The notes beneath the pieces are model-generated. The model was not told the DNA's origin. It saw only the letters and a list, made by a program, of their open reading frames with translations, and did no database searches. The translations under genes and the position numbers were made by a program. 64,000 nucleotides of DNA, taken from the NCBI GenBank assembly GCA_016185945.1, contig JACPMR010000015.1, forward strand, positions 217,543-281,542, written 5' to 3'. Below, one piece after another: positions 47,628 through 56,585 of the stretch (position 1 is its first letter; each line of letters starts with the position of its first letter). Source of the stretch: Candidatus Woesearchaeota archaeon (GTDB lineage Archaea > Nanobdellota > Nanobdellia > Woesearchaeales > GW2011-AR4).

Positions 47628-48175
47628 TTCAGTTCCTTGCCGTCCTTGTTTATTATATGAATGCCGTCTTGGAATATTCTTGTGTCGTATCCCGGTCTTC
47701 TTGTCATCTGTTCTATATCTGCGCTGGCTTGTCCTGCAATTTCTTTATTTAGGCTTGTGACACGTATCATATCGCCCTCTACCTTTACATCAACACCCTC
47801 CTTTAAGTCTAGGACTCTTGGGACTTTCTCCCCGAGAAAATTCTTGACAACCAGCTTTTTGCCAGATACGCTTACGTTCATTGGAAAGTGTCCTGAGCAT
47901 ATCTTTAAAATATAAGTATGGCCTTGCGCGCTTCCCTTCACCATATTTTTAAGATGCGCTGCCAAGGAGCCGATTGTTTTTTTGTTTTCTTTAGTATGTC
48001 CCTTTGATTCAAAAATTATTTTTTTTTCATAAATTTTTATGAAGATGTTGTGGTGTTTGATTTGTCTTTTCACTTCGCCTTTCGGACCTTTAATTACCAA
48101 TAGTTGCCCATTGAAGGATGCTGCGATGTTTTCGGGCAGTTCTATCTCTTTGGTTATTTTTTCTTTTGCTTTCAT
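47624..48175 (-). CDS. rpl6: Ribosomal protein uL6
   Basis: KGPKG, HFPM, NFLGEK, DTRIFQDGI. Confidence 0.95.
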   Translation of the reverse strand: MKAKEKITKEIELPENIAASFNGQLLVIKGPKGEVKRQIKHHNIFIKIYEKKIIFESKGHTKENKKTIGSLAAHLKNMVKGSAQGHTYILKICSGHFPMNVSVSGKKLVVKNFLGEKVPRVLDLKEGVDVKVEGDMIRVTSLNKEIAGQASADIEQMTRRPGYDTRIFQDGIHIINKDGKELK

Positions 48176-48180
48176 TCTTG

Positions 48181-48570
48181 TCAATAGCAATAAGCTAAAA
48201 GCTTCCCCCCTGTCTTTTTCGCTTTAGCATTGTAATGTGTTATGATGCCTCTCGGGGTTGAAACAAATAATATGCCTATATCCTTGGCAGGCAGGTATCT
48301 TCTTTCAAACTTTTCAAATTCGTTGCTTTTTACGCTGTATCTTGGCTTTATAACCCCGCATTTGTTTATACCCCCAATCAAGCTGAGCTTGATGTAGTTT
48401 CCTCTGCTGTCTTCGACTTCTGTGAAGTCGCCTACATATCCGTTTTCTTTCATTACCTTCAGCAATTCTTTGATTACCTTTGATGAAGGCTTTATCAAAC
48501 ATTCTGCTCTGCCAATTAGCTCGTTGTTCAATATCATCGACATGACGTTTGCTAATGGGTCGTTCAGCAT
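48181..48570 (-). CDS. rps8: Ribosomal protein uS8
   Basis: DPLAN, INKCGVIKPR, VSTPRG, GKLLAY. Confidence 0.96.
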   Translation of the reverse strand: MLNDPLANVMSMILNNELIGRAECLIKPSSKVIKELLKVMKENGYVGDFTEVEDSRGNYIKLSLIGGINKCGVIKPRYSVKSNEFEKFERRYLPAKDIGILFVSTPRGIITHYNAKAKKTGGKLLAYCY

Positions 48571-48578
48571 TTTTTATC

Positions 48579-48809
48579 TCAACTGTATTTCTTGAAACCT
48601 AAATTTGTCGCAATTTCCCTGAAGCATGTTCTGCAGAGTCCCAAGCCGTATTTGCTTATATACCCACCAGGCCTTCCGCATCGCCTGCATTTTTTGGTTG
48701 CTCTGCCATATTTTCTCTGTTTAGGGGAATTATGCCTGATATATTTCTGCATCTTAACCGGCTTTGCTTTCAGCTGTTTGAAAACTTTCCTGTAATCGCT
48801 GTAAGTCAT
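48579..48809 (-). CDS. rps14: Ribosomal protein uS14
   Basis: CRRCG...LCRTCFRE...GFKKY. Confidence 0.94.
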   Translation of the reverse strand: MTYSDYRKVFKQLKAKPVKMQKYIRHNSPKQRKYGRATKKCRRCGRPGGYISKYGLGLCRTCFREIATNLGFKKYS

Positions 48810-49322
48810 TTACTCCCCACCGATTTTTATTTTGAAATTGTTAGCCATGAAGTCTATCGCTTCCTGCTTTGATATTCTGTGTCTTGCAGGTATTTTCCTT
48901 GACAATAGCTTTCTTCTCTTAATTCTGTAGCCAGGCCTCTCAAGAGTGATGCATACCTCTAACCCCATGATGCCTATTTTTGGATCATATTTCACTCCTG
49001 AAATTTCTATGTATTCGTGTATACCGAATGCTATGTTGCCGCTGTTGTCAAACTGCTTTTCCTGCAGGCTATTGTCTATGGCGCCAAGCAGCCTAGGGAG
49101 TATCTTAATTGCCTTGTCTTTTCTCAAAGTTAGCTTGCATCCTATAGGCAACCCCGGCCTTAAACCCCACTCCTGGATTCTTTTATTTGTTACAGTCTTT
49201 ATCGGGGTTGCGTTTCCAATCGAACTAAGCAAGGATATTCCTTTCTCTAATCTGTTCTGGTCTTTTCCAGCGCCGATATTCAATGTTACTTTTTCTATCC
49301 TTATGTTTTTCATGGTATCCAT
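48810..49322 (-). CDS. rpl5: Ribosomal protein uL5
   Basis: KVTLNIG, PIGCKLTLR, FGI.E, YDPKIGIMG, RPGYR. Confidence 0.96.
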   Translation of the reverse strand: MDTMKNIRIEKVTLNIGAGKDQNRLEKGISLLSSIGNATPIKTVTNKRIQEWGLRPGLPIGCKLTLRKDKAIKILPRLLGAIDNSLQEKQFDNSGNIAFGIHEYIEISGVKYDPKIGIMGLEVCITLERPGYRIKRRKLLSRKIPARHRISKQEAIDFMANNFKIKIGGE

Positions 49323-49327
49323 CTTTG

Positions 49328-50014
49328 TTAAAGTGTGATCAGCGGTTTGCTATCGCCTATCACAAAAGCATATTTTTTTGATGTTTCAACCAAATCTCCT
49401 TTGGAGTCCTTATAGATTATCTTGTTCTCTATAATGTCTTCAACATTACCCACTTCCCCCATGTGTTTGCCTCCTGTCAGGAATATCACGGATTTTTTAT
49501 CGAGTTTCAGGTGTTTGTTTATTTCTTGTTCAGGCAGCGATAAAACAATAGTGTCTCCTACCCTGTAGTTATTTTTGTCAACAAATATGTTTTTCCCGTC
49601 ATAAAGGTTTACCTGCAACTTTCCGTTTACTATTGTTTTTCCAACAATCTTGCATGGCTTTAGACTTGATTCCTCTTTCTTTATCCTGATTACATCTATC
49701 TTTCCCTTTTTGTTTAGTATCACCCTAAAGTGTTCTCCAGTGCTTGTGAATTCTATTGTATCAAAAAGCCCGACTGGAAGTTTGGAGTTCTTCCTGGCTT
49801 TGCCGTCGACTTTTATTTCATTTGACTGCAATAATTTTTTAACTTCCCTAGTTGTTACGGCGTAGCTAAGCACTTCCTTAATCAACACGCTAAAAGCGAC
49901 ACTTTTGTCCAGGCTGTGGGAGCCTGGAGTTGGCTTTGTAACAAACTTTATTCCCTTTCTCCTCACGTTCCAAGTCTTTGGCGCTGCCAGCCTTTTAAGA
50001 TGGTCTTTACCCAT
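49328..50014 (-). CDS. rps4e: Ribosomal protein S4e
   Basis: HLKRLAAP, PGSH, VDGKAR, TGGKHMG. Confidence 0.96.
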   Translation of the reverse strand: MGKDHLKRLAAPKTWNVRRKGIKFVTKPTPGSHSLDKSVAFSVLIKEVLSYAVTTREVKKLLQSNEIKVDGKARKNSKLPVGLFDTIEFTSTGEHFRVILNKKGKIDVIRIKKEESSLKPCKIVGKTIVNGKLQVNLYDGKNIFVDKNNYRVGDTIVLSLPEQEINKHLKLDKKSVIFLTGGKHMGEVGNVEDIIENKIIYKDSKGDLVETSKKYAFVIGDSKPLITL

Positions 50015-50390
50015 TTTTCTTCTCCAATATTTCCTGCCTGAATTTATCGTCGAGGTTTAATTCGATTATCATGAGGTTAGAAGGGTGTAATGCTATTGAT
50101 TTTTTGGTTCCGTCTTTTTTAGTGATTTCCACGCCACTTACAAATACTTTCGCTCTCCTAAGGTTAACCATCTCAATTTTTCCTTCCTGTTTCCTGAATT
50201 GCCCCCTCATAATTTTTACTTTGTCTCCTTTTCTCAGGCCAGTGCTTCTCTTTTTGTATTTCTTTCTTAATTCCTTTGAAAGGTGCGAGTGCACAAATTT
50301 CTGTTTCACGTGCAGAGGAGCCTTTAGCATATATTTTCTCTGCTTTCTTGGCTTACTGCTGCCCTTCCACGAACTTGAAAAATCTTTCAT
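50007..50390 (-). CDS. rpl24: Ribosomal protein uL24
   Basis: PRKQRK...APLH...GDKVKIMRG...HPSNLMI. Confidence 0.95.
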   Translation of the reverse strand: MKDFSSSWKGSSKPRKQRKYMLKAPLHVKQKFVHSHLSKELRKKYKKRSTGLRKGDKVKIMRGQFRKQEGKIEMVNLRRAKVFVSGVEITKKDGTKKSIALHPSNLMIIELNLDDKFRQEILEKKNG

Positions 50391-50395
50391 GTTAA

Positions 50396-50797
50396 TCAAA
50401 CTACAATGCTTGCTATCTTAGCTATGCCAGGCCATCTTTCGCACGCCTCTTTTGCAATTGCTCCCTTGAAGATTGTTCCTTTTGGATTGCCTTTGTCATC
50501 TTTTAAAACAACAGCTGAATTGTCCTCAAATTTTATTCTCATGCCGTCTGGCCTCCTGTATTCTTTTTTCTGCCTTACAATGACTGCAAACACCACCTGC
50601 TTCCTCATATCGGGCTTTCCGCTGACAACAGAAGCCTGAACCAAATCCCCGACACCGCAGCTTCCGATTCTCCCCTTTGTTGTTTTTAACCCTACAACTG
50701 TGAATATCTTGATTATTTTTGCCCCTGAATTGTCGCATGTTTCAATTTTGCATCCAACCGGGAGCGCCCTTGTAATTCTGGCTTTAAGCGGTTGCAT
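50396..50797 (-). CDS. rpl14: Ribosomal protein uL14
   Basis: CDNSGAK, VGD, FEDNSAV, PKGT. Confidence 0.96.
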   Translation of the reverse strand: MQPLKARITRALPVGCKIETCDNSGAKIIKIFTVVGLKTTKGRIGSCGVGDLVQASVVSGKPDMRKQVVFAVIVRQKKEYRRPDGMRIKFEDNSAVVLKDDKGNPKGTIFKGAIAKEACERWPGIAKIASIVV

Positions 50798-50799
50798 TC

Positions 50800-51225
50800 T
50801 TATCCTGCCTCTGCTGCTTCGTCTTCTTTTTTCGGCTTCTCTATTTTTGCTGCTTCCCTCGCTTGCATTTTTTCCTTAAACCCTTTCTCTGCACCCAGGT
50901 TTTGGACTGCCACAAAATTTTTTGTCTTGCTCAATGGCCTGCACTCAACTACATTAACAATGTCGCCGTCTTTTGCATCTATGCATTCTGGATTGTGAAC
51001 CTTTAATTTTGTCCTTCTTTTCTCGTATCTTCCGTATTTTTTCAAAAAATAGAGTCTTTCGAATTCCACTACGGCTGTCTTTCTCATTTTTGTTGAAACT
51101 ACTGTGCCAATAAATTGCCTTCCTCTTACACTTAATGCCCCGTGGAACGGGCATTTGACATCATTGCATCTGCCTTTTGGCAATTCTACTGCCACTCCGA
51201 TGTTTGTTGCACTTGATTTTGCCAT
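50800..51225 (-). CDS. rps17: Ribosomal protein uS17
   Basis: CNDVKCPFHG.LSVRG...HNPEC...ECRPLSKTK.F. Confidence 0.96.
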   Translation of the reverse strand: MAKSSATNIGVAVELPKGRCNDVKCPFHGALSVRGRQFIGTVVSTKMRKTAVVEFERLYFLKKYGRYEKRRTKLKVHNPECIDAKDGDIVNVVECRPLSKTKNFVAVQNLGAEKGFKEKMQAREAAKIEKPKKEDEAAEAG

Positions 51226-51270
51226 TTTACTTATTTATGATGTGTTATATATTCTGGAATAATATACTCA

Positions 51271-51353
51271 CGGGCAAATATAATTGAGCAATTGTTGCCC
51301 GTTCGTAATAAGTAAAGGCAATAATTTATGCTCAATTATTTGTTGCCTTTACT
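51271..51353. other. Paired hairpins with complementary loops in the slot normally holding rnp1
   Basis: Stems cgggcaa/ttgcccg and agtaaaggcaa/ttgcctttact; loop segments ataattgagca (51280-90) and tgctcaattat (51329-39) are perfect complements. Confidence 0.6.
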
Positions 51354-51383
51354 ATATTTTGGTGTTTATTTCTCATTTTGTGC

Positions 51384-51692
51384 TTATCTTATATCTATAC
51401 TGCTTGGCGCAAACCCGTTATCAATCAAAATCTTCTTGACTTTTTGCTTGTGTTCGCCCTGCAATTCTATTTTGCCGTCTTTAATTGTGCCGCCGCATGC
51501 AAGCTGGGACTTAAGCCTTTTCGCCAATTCCTTAAGGTCTATTTCCTTCTCGTCTATGCCTTCAACAATTGTGTAGTTCTTGTTGAATTTCTTCCTCTCA
51601 ATGTAAACCAAAATCTTTTGGCTTTCTTTTGCTATTATCTCACAAACGCATAGCTCCTTCACCAAGCCGCATACTGTGCAAATTTCGCTCAT
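51384..51692 (-). CDS. sui1: Translation initiation factor SUI1/aIF1
   Basis: CTVCGL..ELC.CE, LKSQLACGGT, IELQGEH. Confidence 0.95.
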   Translation of the reverse strand: MSEICTVCGLVKELCVCEIIAKESQKILVYIERKKFNKNYTIVEGIDEKEIDLKELAKRLKSQLACGGTIKDGKIELQGEHKQKVKKILIDNGFAPSSIDIR

Positions 51693-51892
51693 TCCTTTTT
51701 GCTTCCTCCTTTTTGCCTTTTTATGGTGAATATTTTTGCGATTGTTTGTTTGATTTGTTTGACTTTGCCCGGGCTTTTGGGAATCGTCCCTATTGCTATC
51801 TGAGAATTTATTTTCATCAGTTCCTTTTTCAGCTCGATTGTCTTGTTTTCTAAATCCAGATTACTCATTACCTTCAATTCTTTCGCTTTCAT
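51689..51892 (-). CDS. rpl29: Ribosomal protein uL29
   Basis: ELKVMS...ELKKEL...PGKVKQIKQTIAKIFT; conserved operon position. Confidence 0.92.
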   Translation of the reverse strand: MKAKELKVMSNLDLENKTIELKKELMKINSQIAIGTIPKSPGKVKQIKQTIAKIFTIKRQKGGSKKE

Positions 51893-52565
51893 CTTTCTTT
51901 TTTCTTTTCCGCTTTGGTTTTTCCCGTGTTTCCTTTTGCTCCTCTTTTATTTCCTCTATCTTTGTTTCTCTCTGCTCGACTATTTCTATGTCGTCTGGGA
52001 GCTTTATGTCGGGAGGCATTATGCTCACTTTAACCCCTATGATTCCCGTTTTTAATTGGGCTTGGGCGTTTGCTTTTCTCACGCTTAAGGCAATATCGCC
52101 GCATTTTTTGAGGTAGCCCGAGTAAAAGCGCCATGATTTGGCTCTTGCGCTTGGCACTTTGCCGCTTATGACTATTTCTATGCCGAGTGCGTCTGATTTC
52201 CTAACATCAGTCATTATTTTGTGTCCTATGGCTTTGAACTTTTCAGAGCCAAACTTCTCAAGAGCGTCTACAATCTTTTCCGCCACTATGCTTGCGTCTA
52301 AATTTGGGTTTTCAACTTCGCTGATTTCTATTTGCGGGTTTTCCATCTCGAATTTTTTCTTCAATGTTCTTGTAAGTTGCTTGATATTGTGACCCTTTCT
52401 TCCGACGATAAGTCCGGGCCTTGAGGCGTATATGATGATTTTTTCGCCTAGCGGGGTTTTTACCATCTTGGTATGGCTATGCCCTACATTTTCCAGGTTT
52501 TGTGTTATGTATTCCTGTATCTGGAATTCCTTGATTTTTTGAGCGACAAATTTTCTTTCTATCAA
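51861..52565 (-). CDS. rps3: Ribosomal protein uS3 with charged C-terminal tail
   Basis: TTG start 52565 after SD GGAGGTGA; IERKFV, RPGLIVGRKG, ISGK, GIIGVKV. Confidence 0.94.
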   Translation of the reverse strand: MIERKFVAQKIKEFQIQEYITQNLENVGHSHTKMVKTPLGEKIIIYASRPGLIVGRKGHNIKQLTRTLKKKFEMENPQIEISEVENPNLDASIVAEKIVDALEKFGSEKFKAIGHKIMTDVRKSDALGIEIVISGKVPSARAKSWRFYSGYLKKCGDIALSVRKANAQAQLKTGIIGVKVSIMPPDIKLPDDIEIVEQRETKIEEIKEEQKETREKPKRKRKKKDESERIEGNE

Positions 52566-52671
52566 AATTTCACCTCCGTGAAATCTTGGGAGTTCCAAAT
52601 ACCAAAAATTTTGATTTTTTTGAACAACTGAAAATCCGAGATTTTCGATGAACTGGAGATTTTTGCGGCAA

Positions 52672-53148
52672 TCATTTTTCCATCTGTTGTTTTGTTTTTG
52701 ATTCCACGTTCTTGACTGCTTTCTCTTCAACAACAACCTCTATGCTTGTCCTTTTCATTTTTCTTCTCTGTTTTCTGCCAAAATGCCATGCTTTCCCCGA
52801 TTTATGCGAGCTGATGTGTGTGATAACCAAATTTGAGGTGTTCAATCCTTTGAATTGGGCATTAGCCTCTACAGCTTCAATCAATTTCAGTATCTGCATT
52901 GATGCTTTCTGCGGGTATCTTGCCGGACCTATCTTTGTTTTATGTCCTAAATCTCTGTTGTATTTTTTAAATGGTATTGCTGCTTTTCCTTCTATTACGT
53001 TGTGCAAAATTTTTTTTGTTTCCCTTACATTCTTATCTTTGATATAACTGCATATCTCTACGCTCTGCTTAAGCGATATCGGCAAATCTATTCCAATTGC
53101 CCTTGCCATGTGCCCCTTATTGTAATTCCCAAAGGCATATCCTTTCAT
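52672..53148 (-). CDS. rpl22: Ribosomal protein uL22
   Basis: ISLKQSVEIC, ARYPQKA, EANAQFKGL. Confidence 0.95.
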   Translation of the reverse strand: MKGYAFGNYNKGHMARAIGIDLPISLKQSVEICSYIKDKNVRETKKILHNVIEGKAAIPFKKYNRDLGHKTKIGPARYPQKASMQILKLIEAVEANAQFKGLNTSNLVITHISSHKSGKAWHFGRKQRRKMKRTSIEVVVEEKAVKNVESKTKQQMEK

Positions 53149-53150
53149 TT

Positions 53151-53534
53151 TTATTTCACCGATAGGCTGGCGCTTGACCTTGTGGCACCTATACCCGGGG
53201 CACTATGCGCAACCTTCTTTCTTGTCAAAACAAACTCACCAAGATAGTGCCCTACCATATCCAGCTCTATAACAACAGGCACAAATTCCTTGCCGCGGTG
53301 AACCTTTATTGTTGTTCCAGTCATCTCCGGTAGGATTATCATATCCCTGCAATGTGTCTCTATGTTTTTCTGATTGGACTTTATTTTTTTAAGCAGGATT
53401 TTTTGCTGCTCTGTGAATCCCCTTTTTATCGTTCTTCTCTGCCTAGCTGTCAGGATTTTTGCTAACTCGTTCAGGCTCATTTTATTCAATTCTTCTATTG
53501 TTTTCCCCTTGAAAGTAAATTCTTTTTTAGCCAT
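53151..53534 (-). CDS. rps19: Ribosomal protein uS19
   Basis: FTFKG, ETHCRDMIILPEM, GHYLGEF, PGIGATRSS; the longer ORF start overlaps rpl2. Confidence 0.95.
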   Translation of the reverse strand: MAKKEFTFKGKTIEELNKMSLNELAKILTARQRRTIKRGFTEQQKILLKKIKSNQKNIETHCRDMIILPEMTGTTIKVHRGKEFVPVVIELDMVGHYLGEFVLTRKKVAHSAPGIGATRSSASLSVK

Positions 53535-53536
53535 AT

Positions 53537-54256
53537 TTACCTCTTGTGCCTTCCTGTTCTTTTCGGTGCTATTTTTCCTACTTTTCTTCCCGGAGGAGCG
53601 TTTCTTGATGCCTGCGTTGGAATTCCTTTTGCGTGCGAGCTTGAACCCCCAAACGGGTGGCTTACCGAGTTCATTGATGTCCCACTTACATTCGGCCATA
53701 ATTTGTTCTTCATTTTCATTGCGTAAAATCTGCTGCCTGCCTTCAAAAACGGCTTTTCAGTTCTGCCAGAGCCCGCTATAGTTCCTATAGTTGCTTTGCA
53801 TTCGGGTAAAAACGTCCTTCTTTTGTAAGAGGGAAGCTGCACAACTATGCCTTCTTGTGTTTTTGTTATTATTTTAGCGAAAGCCCCGCACGTCCTCACG
53901 AACTTGCCCCCATCTCCCGGATTTGATTCTATATTGTAAATCGAAGTCCCTTCAGGGATGTTTTTTAATGGTAGAATATTCCCGGCTTTTATTTCAACAT
54001 CTGTTCCTATTTCTATCTTGTCGCCTATTTTTATTCCTTCAGGCGCTTGCAGCAAACCAACTTCTCCATTGCTGTATTTTAATTCCATTAAAGGGGCGGT
54101 ATGCCCTCTGCTATGCACTATATCGGCAACATTAGCTGTTATCACTTTGCCTTCTTCGTATCTGGAGAAGCTTGCCTTTCCTTTATACCTAAAGCTTGGT
54201 GCCCTGTATCTCGGGCTTCCTTTTCCCCTTTTCTGTTGAATTAAGCTTTTTCCCAT
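53537..54256 (-). CDS. rpl2: Ribosomal protein uL2
   Basis: QQKRGKG, GDGGKFVR, LPS, MNSVSHPFGG, GRKVG.IA. Confidence 0.96.
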   Translation of the reverse strand: MGKSLIQQKRGKGSPRYRAPSFRYKGKASFSRYEEGKVITANVADIVHSRGHTAPLMELKYSNGEVGLLQAPEGIKIGDKIEIGTDVEIKAGNILPLKNIPEGTSIYNIESNPGDGGKFVRTCGAFAKIITKTQEGIVVQLPSYKRRTFLPECKATIGTIAGSGRTEKPFLKAGSRFYAMKMKNKLWPNVSGTSMNSVSHPFGGSSSHAKGIPTQASRNAPPGRKVGKIAPKRTGRHKR

Positions 54257-54268
54257 TTTGCATCACTT

Positions 54269-54529
54269 TTACATTAAACCCAGCTGGGTTGCAATATCAA
54301 TAGCCGGATTTTTTGCAGAGAACCTGACATATGCCCTTTTCTCCCCGTTTTGATTGATAAATGTATTGACTTCATCAACCTCTGCCTTAAACATTTCCTC
54401 CAGGGCTTTTTTTATCTCTTTCTTTGTTGCTGTTTTATTCACTACAAAAATCAGCTTGTTCTCTGCTTCCATTAACCTTATTGACTTTTCTGTTGACAGC
54501 GGGTATTTTATTATATTATAAGTGTCCAT
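54269..54529 (-). CDS. rpl23: Ribosomal protein uL23
   Basis: PLSTEK, ENKLIF, VNT, KRAYV. Confidence 0.95.
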   Translation of the reverse strand: MDTYNIIKYPLSTEKSIRLMEAENKLIFVVNKTATKKEIKKALEEMFKAEVDEVNTFINQNGEKRAYVRFSAKNPAIDIATQLGLM

Positions 54530-54530
54530 T

Positions 54531-55337
54531 TTAATTGAATAAATTCTCCTTTTCTAAAATTTTTATGGCCGTATTTGTCCATAATGTTGGCCTGCCTGCC
54601 TTTCCGCCGGGTGCCAGCATTTCTGCGTTTAAGTTTTTGACTTCGACGATGTCTATTCCGGGTATATTCCTAACTGCCCTGAACAGCCTGTCTTTTTTTG
54701 AAACTACCAACAAGATGCCTTTTTTCTTTTTGTATTTTCTTCCTCTTGATTTTCCTTTGCCCGCCCTTACTTTTTTATTTTCGGTTCTAACTAGCTCATT
54801 TTCAAATCCTAATTTGCTAAGCGCTTCTAATGCTTCATTTGTTTTTTCTATTGATTCAAACTTGTCGTCCAATGCAAAAGGATAGTTGCTTGGAATCCTA
54901 TGCCCACTCCCCGTAACGATGTCTTTCAAAATTGTTGCGGCAATTGCGCTTCTAATTGCTTTTGCTCTTTCCTTTTCGTTTATCTTTTTTCTCCATTTCT
55001 TTTCTGTTTTTGGCGGATGCGCCCTCCTGCCACCGACTGTGCCTGGTGCAAATGCCCCAACCCAATTCATTCTTGCCCCTCTTCTAGACAATATCTTTCT
55101 TGGAACCCTCGATATTCCATAACCATAAGCCCCCTTGTAGTCCCTTCTTCTTCTCGACAATTTTGCTGACACTCTTTTTCCTGCTTCCTCCTTAGATGCG
55201 TAGGCTTGTCTTTTGCTGCTTTGTATGACTAATACTGCCCTTTGTATCAGATCCGGCCTGAACTCTTCTTCAAACTGGGGCGGCAGCTTGATTTCCCCAA
55301 CTTTGTTTTTTGCAACATCTAAAATGTCTATCTTCAT
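54531..55337 (-). CDS. rpl4: Ribosomal protein uL4
   Basis: RPDLI.RAV, GGRRAHPP, RAGKGK.RGR, LAPGG.AGR.T.W. Confidence 0.96.
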   Translation of the reverse strand: MKIDILDVAKNKVGEIKLPPQFEEEFRPDLIQRAVLVIQSSKRQAYASKEEAGKRVSAKLSRRRRDYKGAYGYGISRVPRKILSRRGARMNWVGAFAPGTVGGRRAHPPKTEKKWRKKINEKERAKAIRSAIAATILKDIVTGSGHRIPSNYPFALDDKFESIEKTNEALEALSKLGFENELVRTENKKVRAGKGKSRGRKYKKKKGILLVVSKKDRLFRAVRNIPGIDIVEVKNLNAEMLAPGGKAGRPTLWTNTAIKILEKENLFN

Positions 55338-55338
55338 C

Positions 55339-56316
55339 TTACTTTCCCTGCTTCGACTCCAGACTGGTATAGGTTATCTGCGGGGCTTCGATTGTTTTTT
55401 TCTGTCTTGTTGGCTCTGTGAGCCTTATCAATCTTTTTTGCGTCCCTACGATTGTTCCTTTAAGGATAATGTATTGATTTTTAACATTGCCGTAATGCAA
55501 AAATCCGCCTTTTGGGATTATTTCCTCTGGCTTGTTTCCTATTTTTATCAGCCATTTGTTGTACTCCGTCCTTAAGTGATGCCCTGTTTTGCCAGCATGG
55601 GCAGTCCTCCACATTATATGCCCTTGCGCATTCCATGCTCCTAAAGAGCCTGGGTTTCTCCTGCTTTTTTCTGACTTGTGCTGCCTCAATTGTATTCCAA
55701 ATCTTCTTACAGGCCCCTGAAGTCCTTTTTCTCTTGTCAGAGAGTGCACATCGAGCATCTGTCCTTCTTTAAATGATTCATTCACGTTGATTTCCTTTCC
55801 GAGTTTTTCTTTTGCATATGCAAGTTGCTGCTCTTTTCCGCCGCCTATTGCTATTTCAAATATGTCTGCTTTCTTTTTGCCGATTGTCGTCAACTTTGGT
55901 TGAGTGCAGCACAACAACCTTACATAGTCAAAGTTTTCTGATTGTGGGAATTCTTTTCGTTTCTTTTTTGGGATTGTAATCTTCCTTTCCAATTCCTTAT
56001 CGAGAGAATCGGCGAAAATTTCATCAACAATCTTTGAAATGTTTTGTGTTTTTTTGTAAAATCTTATAGAAAAAGTTTTGAGCGGGGGGCACTCCAAAAT
56101 TGTAACTGGGCAGAAAATTTCTGTGCCTTTTGTTAAAGAGTGTTGGCGGTTGTCGCTAATCAGCAGATGTGTCATTCCGACCTTGTAACCTGCAAACCCA
56201 AGGGGCTTTGCTTCGCTGCTTGATGACCAATTCCTTATCCTCGCATAACTATACCTAGCTCTAACTCTTGGCCAAAACTGCATGCTTCCTGCTCTTGGTT
56301 TTCTTGTCCTTGGCAT
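55339..56316 (-). CDS. rpl3: Ribosomal protein uL3
   Basis: PRAGSMQFWPR, GYKVGMTH, KGLQGPVRRFG, G.HLRTEYNK. Confidence 0.97.
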   Translation of the reverse strand: MPRTRKPRAGSMQFWPRVRARYSYARIRNWSSSSEAKPLGFAGYKVGMTHLLISDNRQHSLTKGTEIFCPVTILECPPLKTFSIRFYKKTQNISKIVDEIFADSLDKELERKITIPKKKRKEFPQSENFDYVRLLCCTQPKLTTIGKKKADIFEIAIGGGKEQQLAYAKEKLGKEINVNESFKEGQMLDVHSLTREKGLQGPVRRFGIQLRQHKSEKSRRNPGSLGAWNAQGHIMWRTAHAGKTGHHLRTEYNKWLIKIGNKPEEIIPKGGFLHYGNVKNQYIILKGTIVGTQKRLIRLTEPTRQKKTIEAPQITYTSLESKQGK

Positions 56317-56505
56317 TTGGCTGCTGCTACCACCTCAATAGTCCATTCATAGACTGCTCTGTCTATGCTTGGGTTGTGCAAAATAAGCCTTTTGTTGAAT
56401 GCCTTTTGTAGAAAACAGTTTAAACAACTGTACTGAAAAGGCAATCTTTTCAGGCTCGTTATGCTTCGTGTTTAATTGAACGAACACGTGTTTGATAGGG
56501 TATAT
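56317..56505 (-). promoter_or_regulatory. Structured 5' leader of the rpl3 operon (candidate r-leader)
   Basis: TATA on the minus strand at 56531-40. Four hairpins: 56348-67, 56415-31, 56433-53 and 56467-88; SD gaggtg near the start. Confidence 0.5.
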
Positions 56506-56585
56506 GATATGCTCCAAGAAATTGTGTGAGATTTATAAAGGTTGTGGTGGGGTGGAGAAATAATTTTTCGCTGAATGTTGTTGTT

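Noticed and set aside
52566-52736. 57-aa N-terminal extension of S3 in the ORF track
   Set aside because: A strong SD (GGAGGTGA) and TTG at 52565 give the canonical IERKF start; the extension overlaps rpl22.
53535-53699. 55-aa N-terminal extension of S19
   Set aside because: It overlaps the rpl2 3' end; the canonical start is MAKKEF at 53534.
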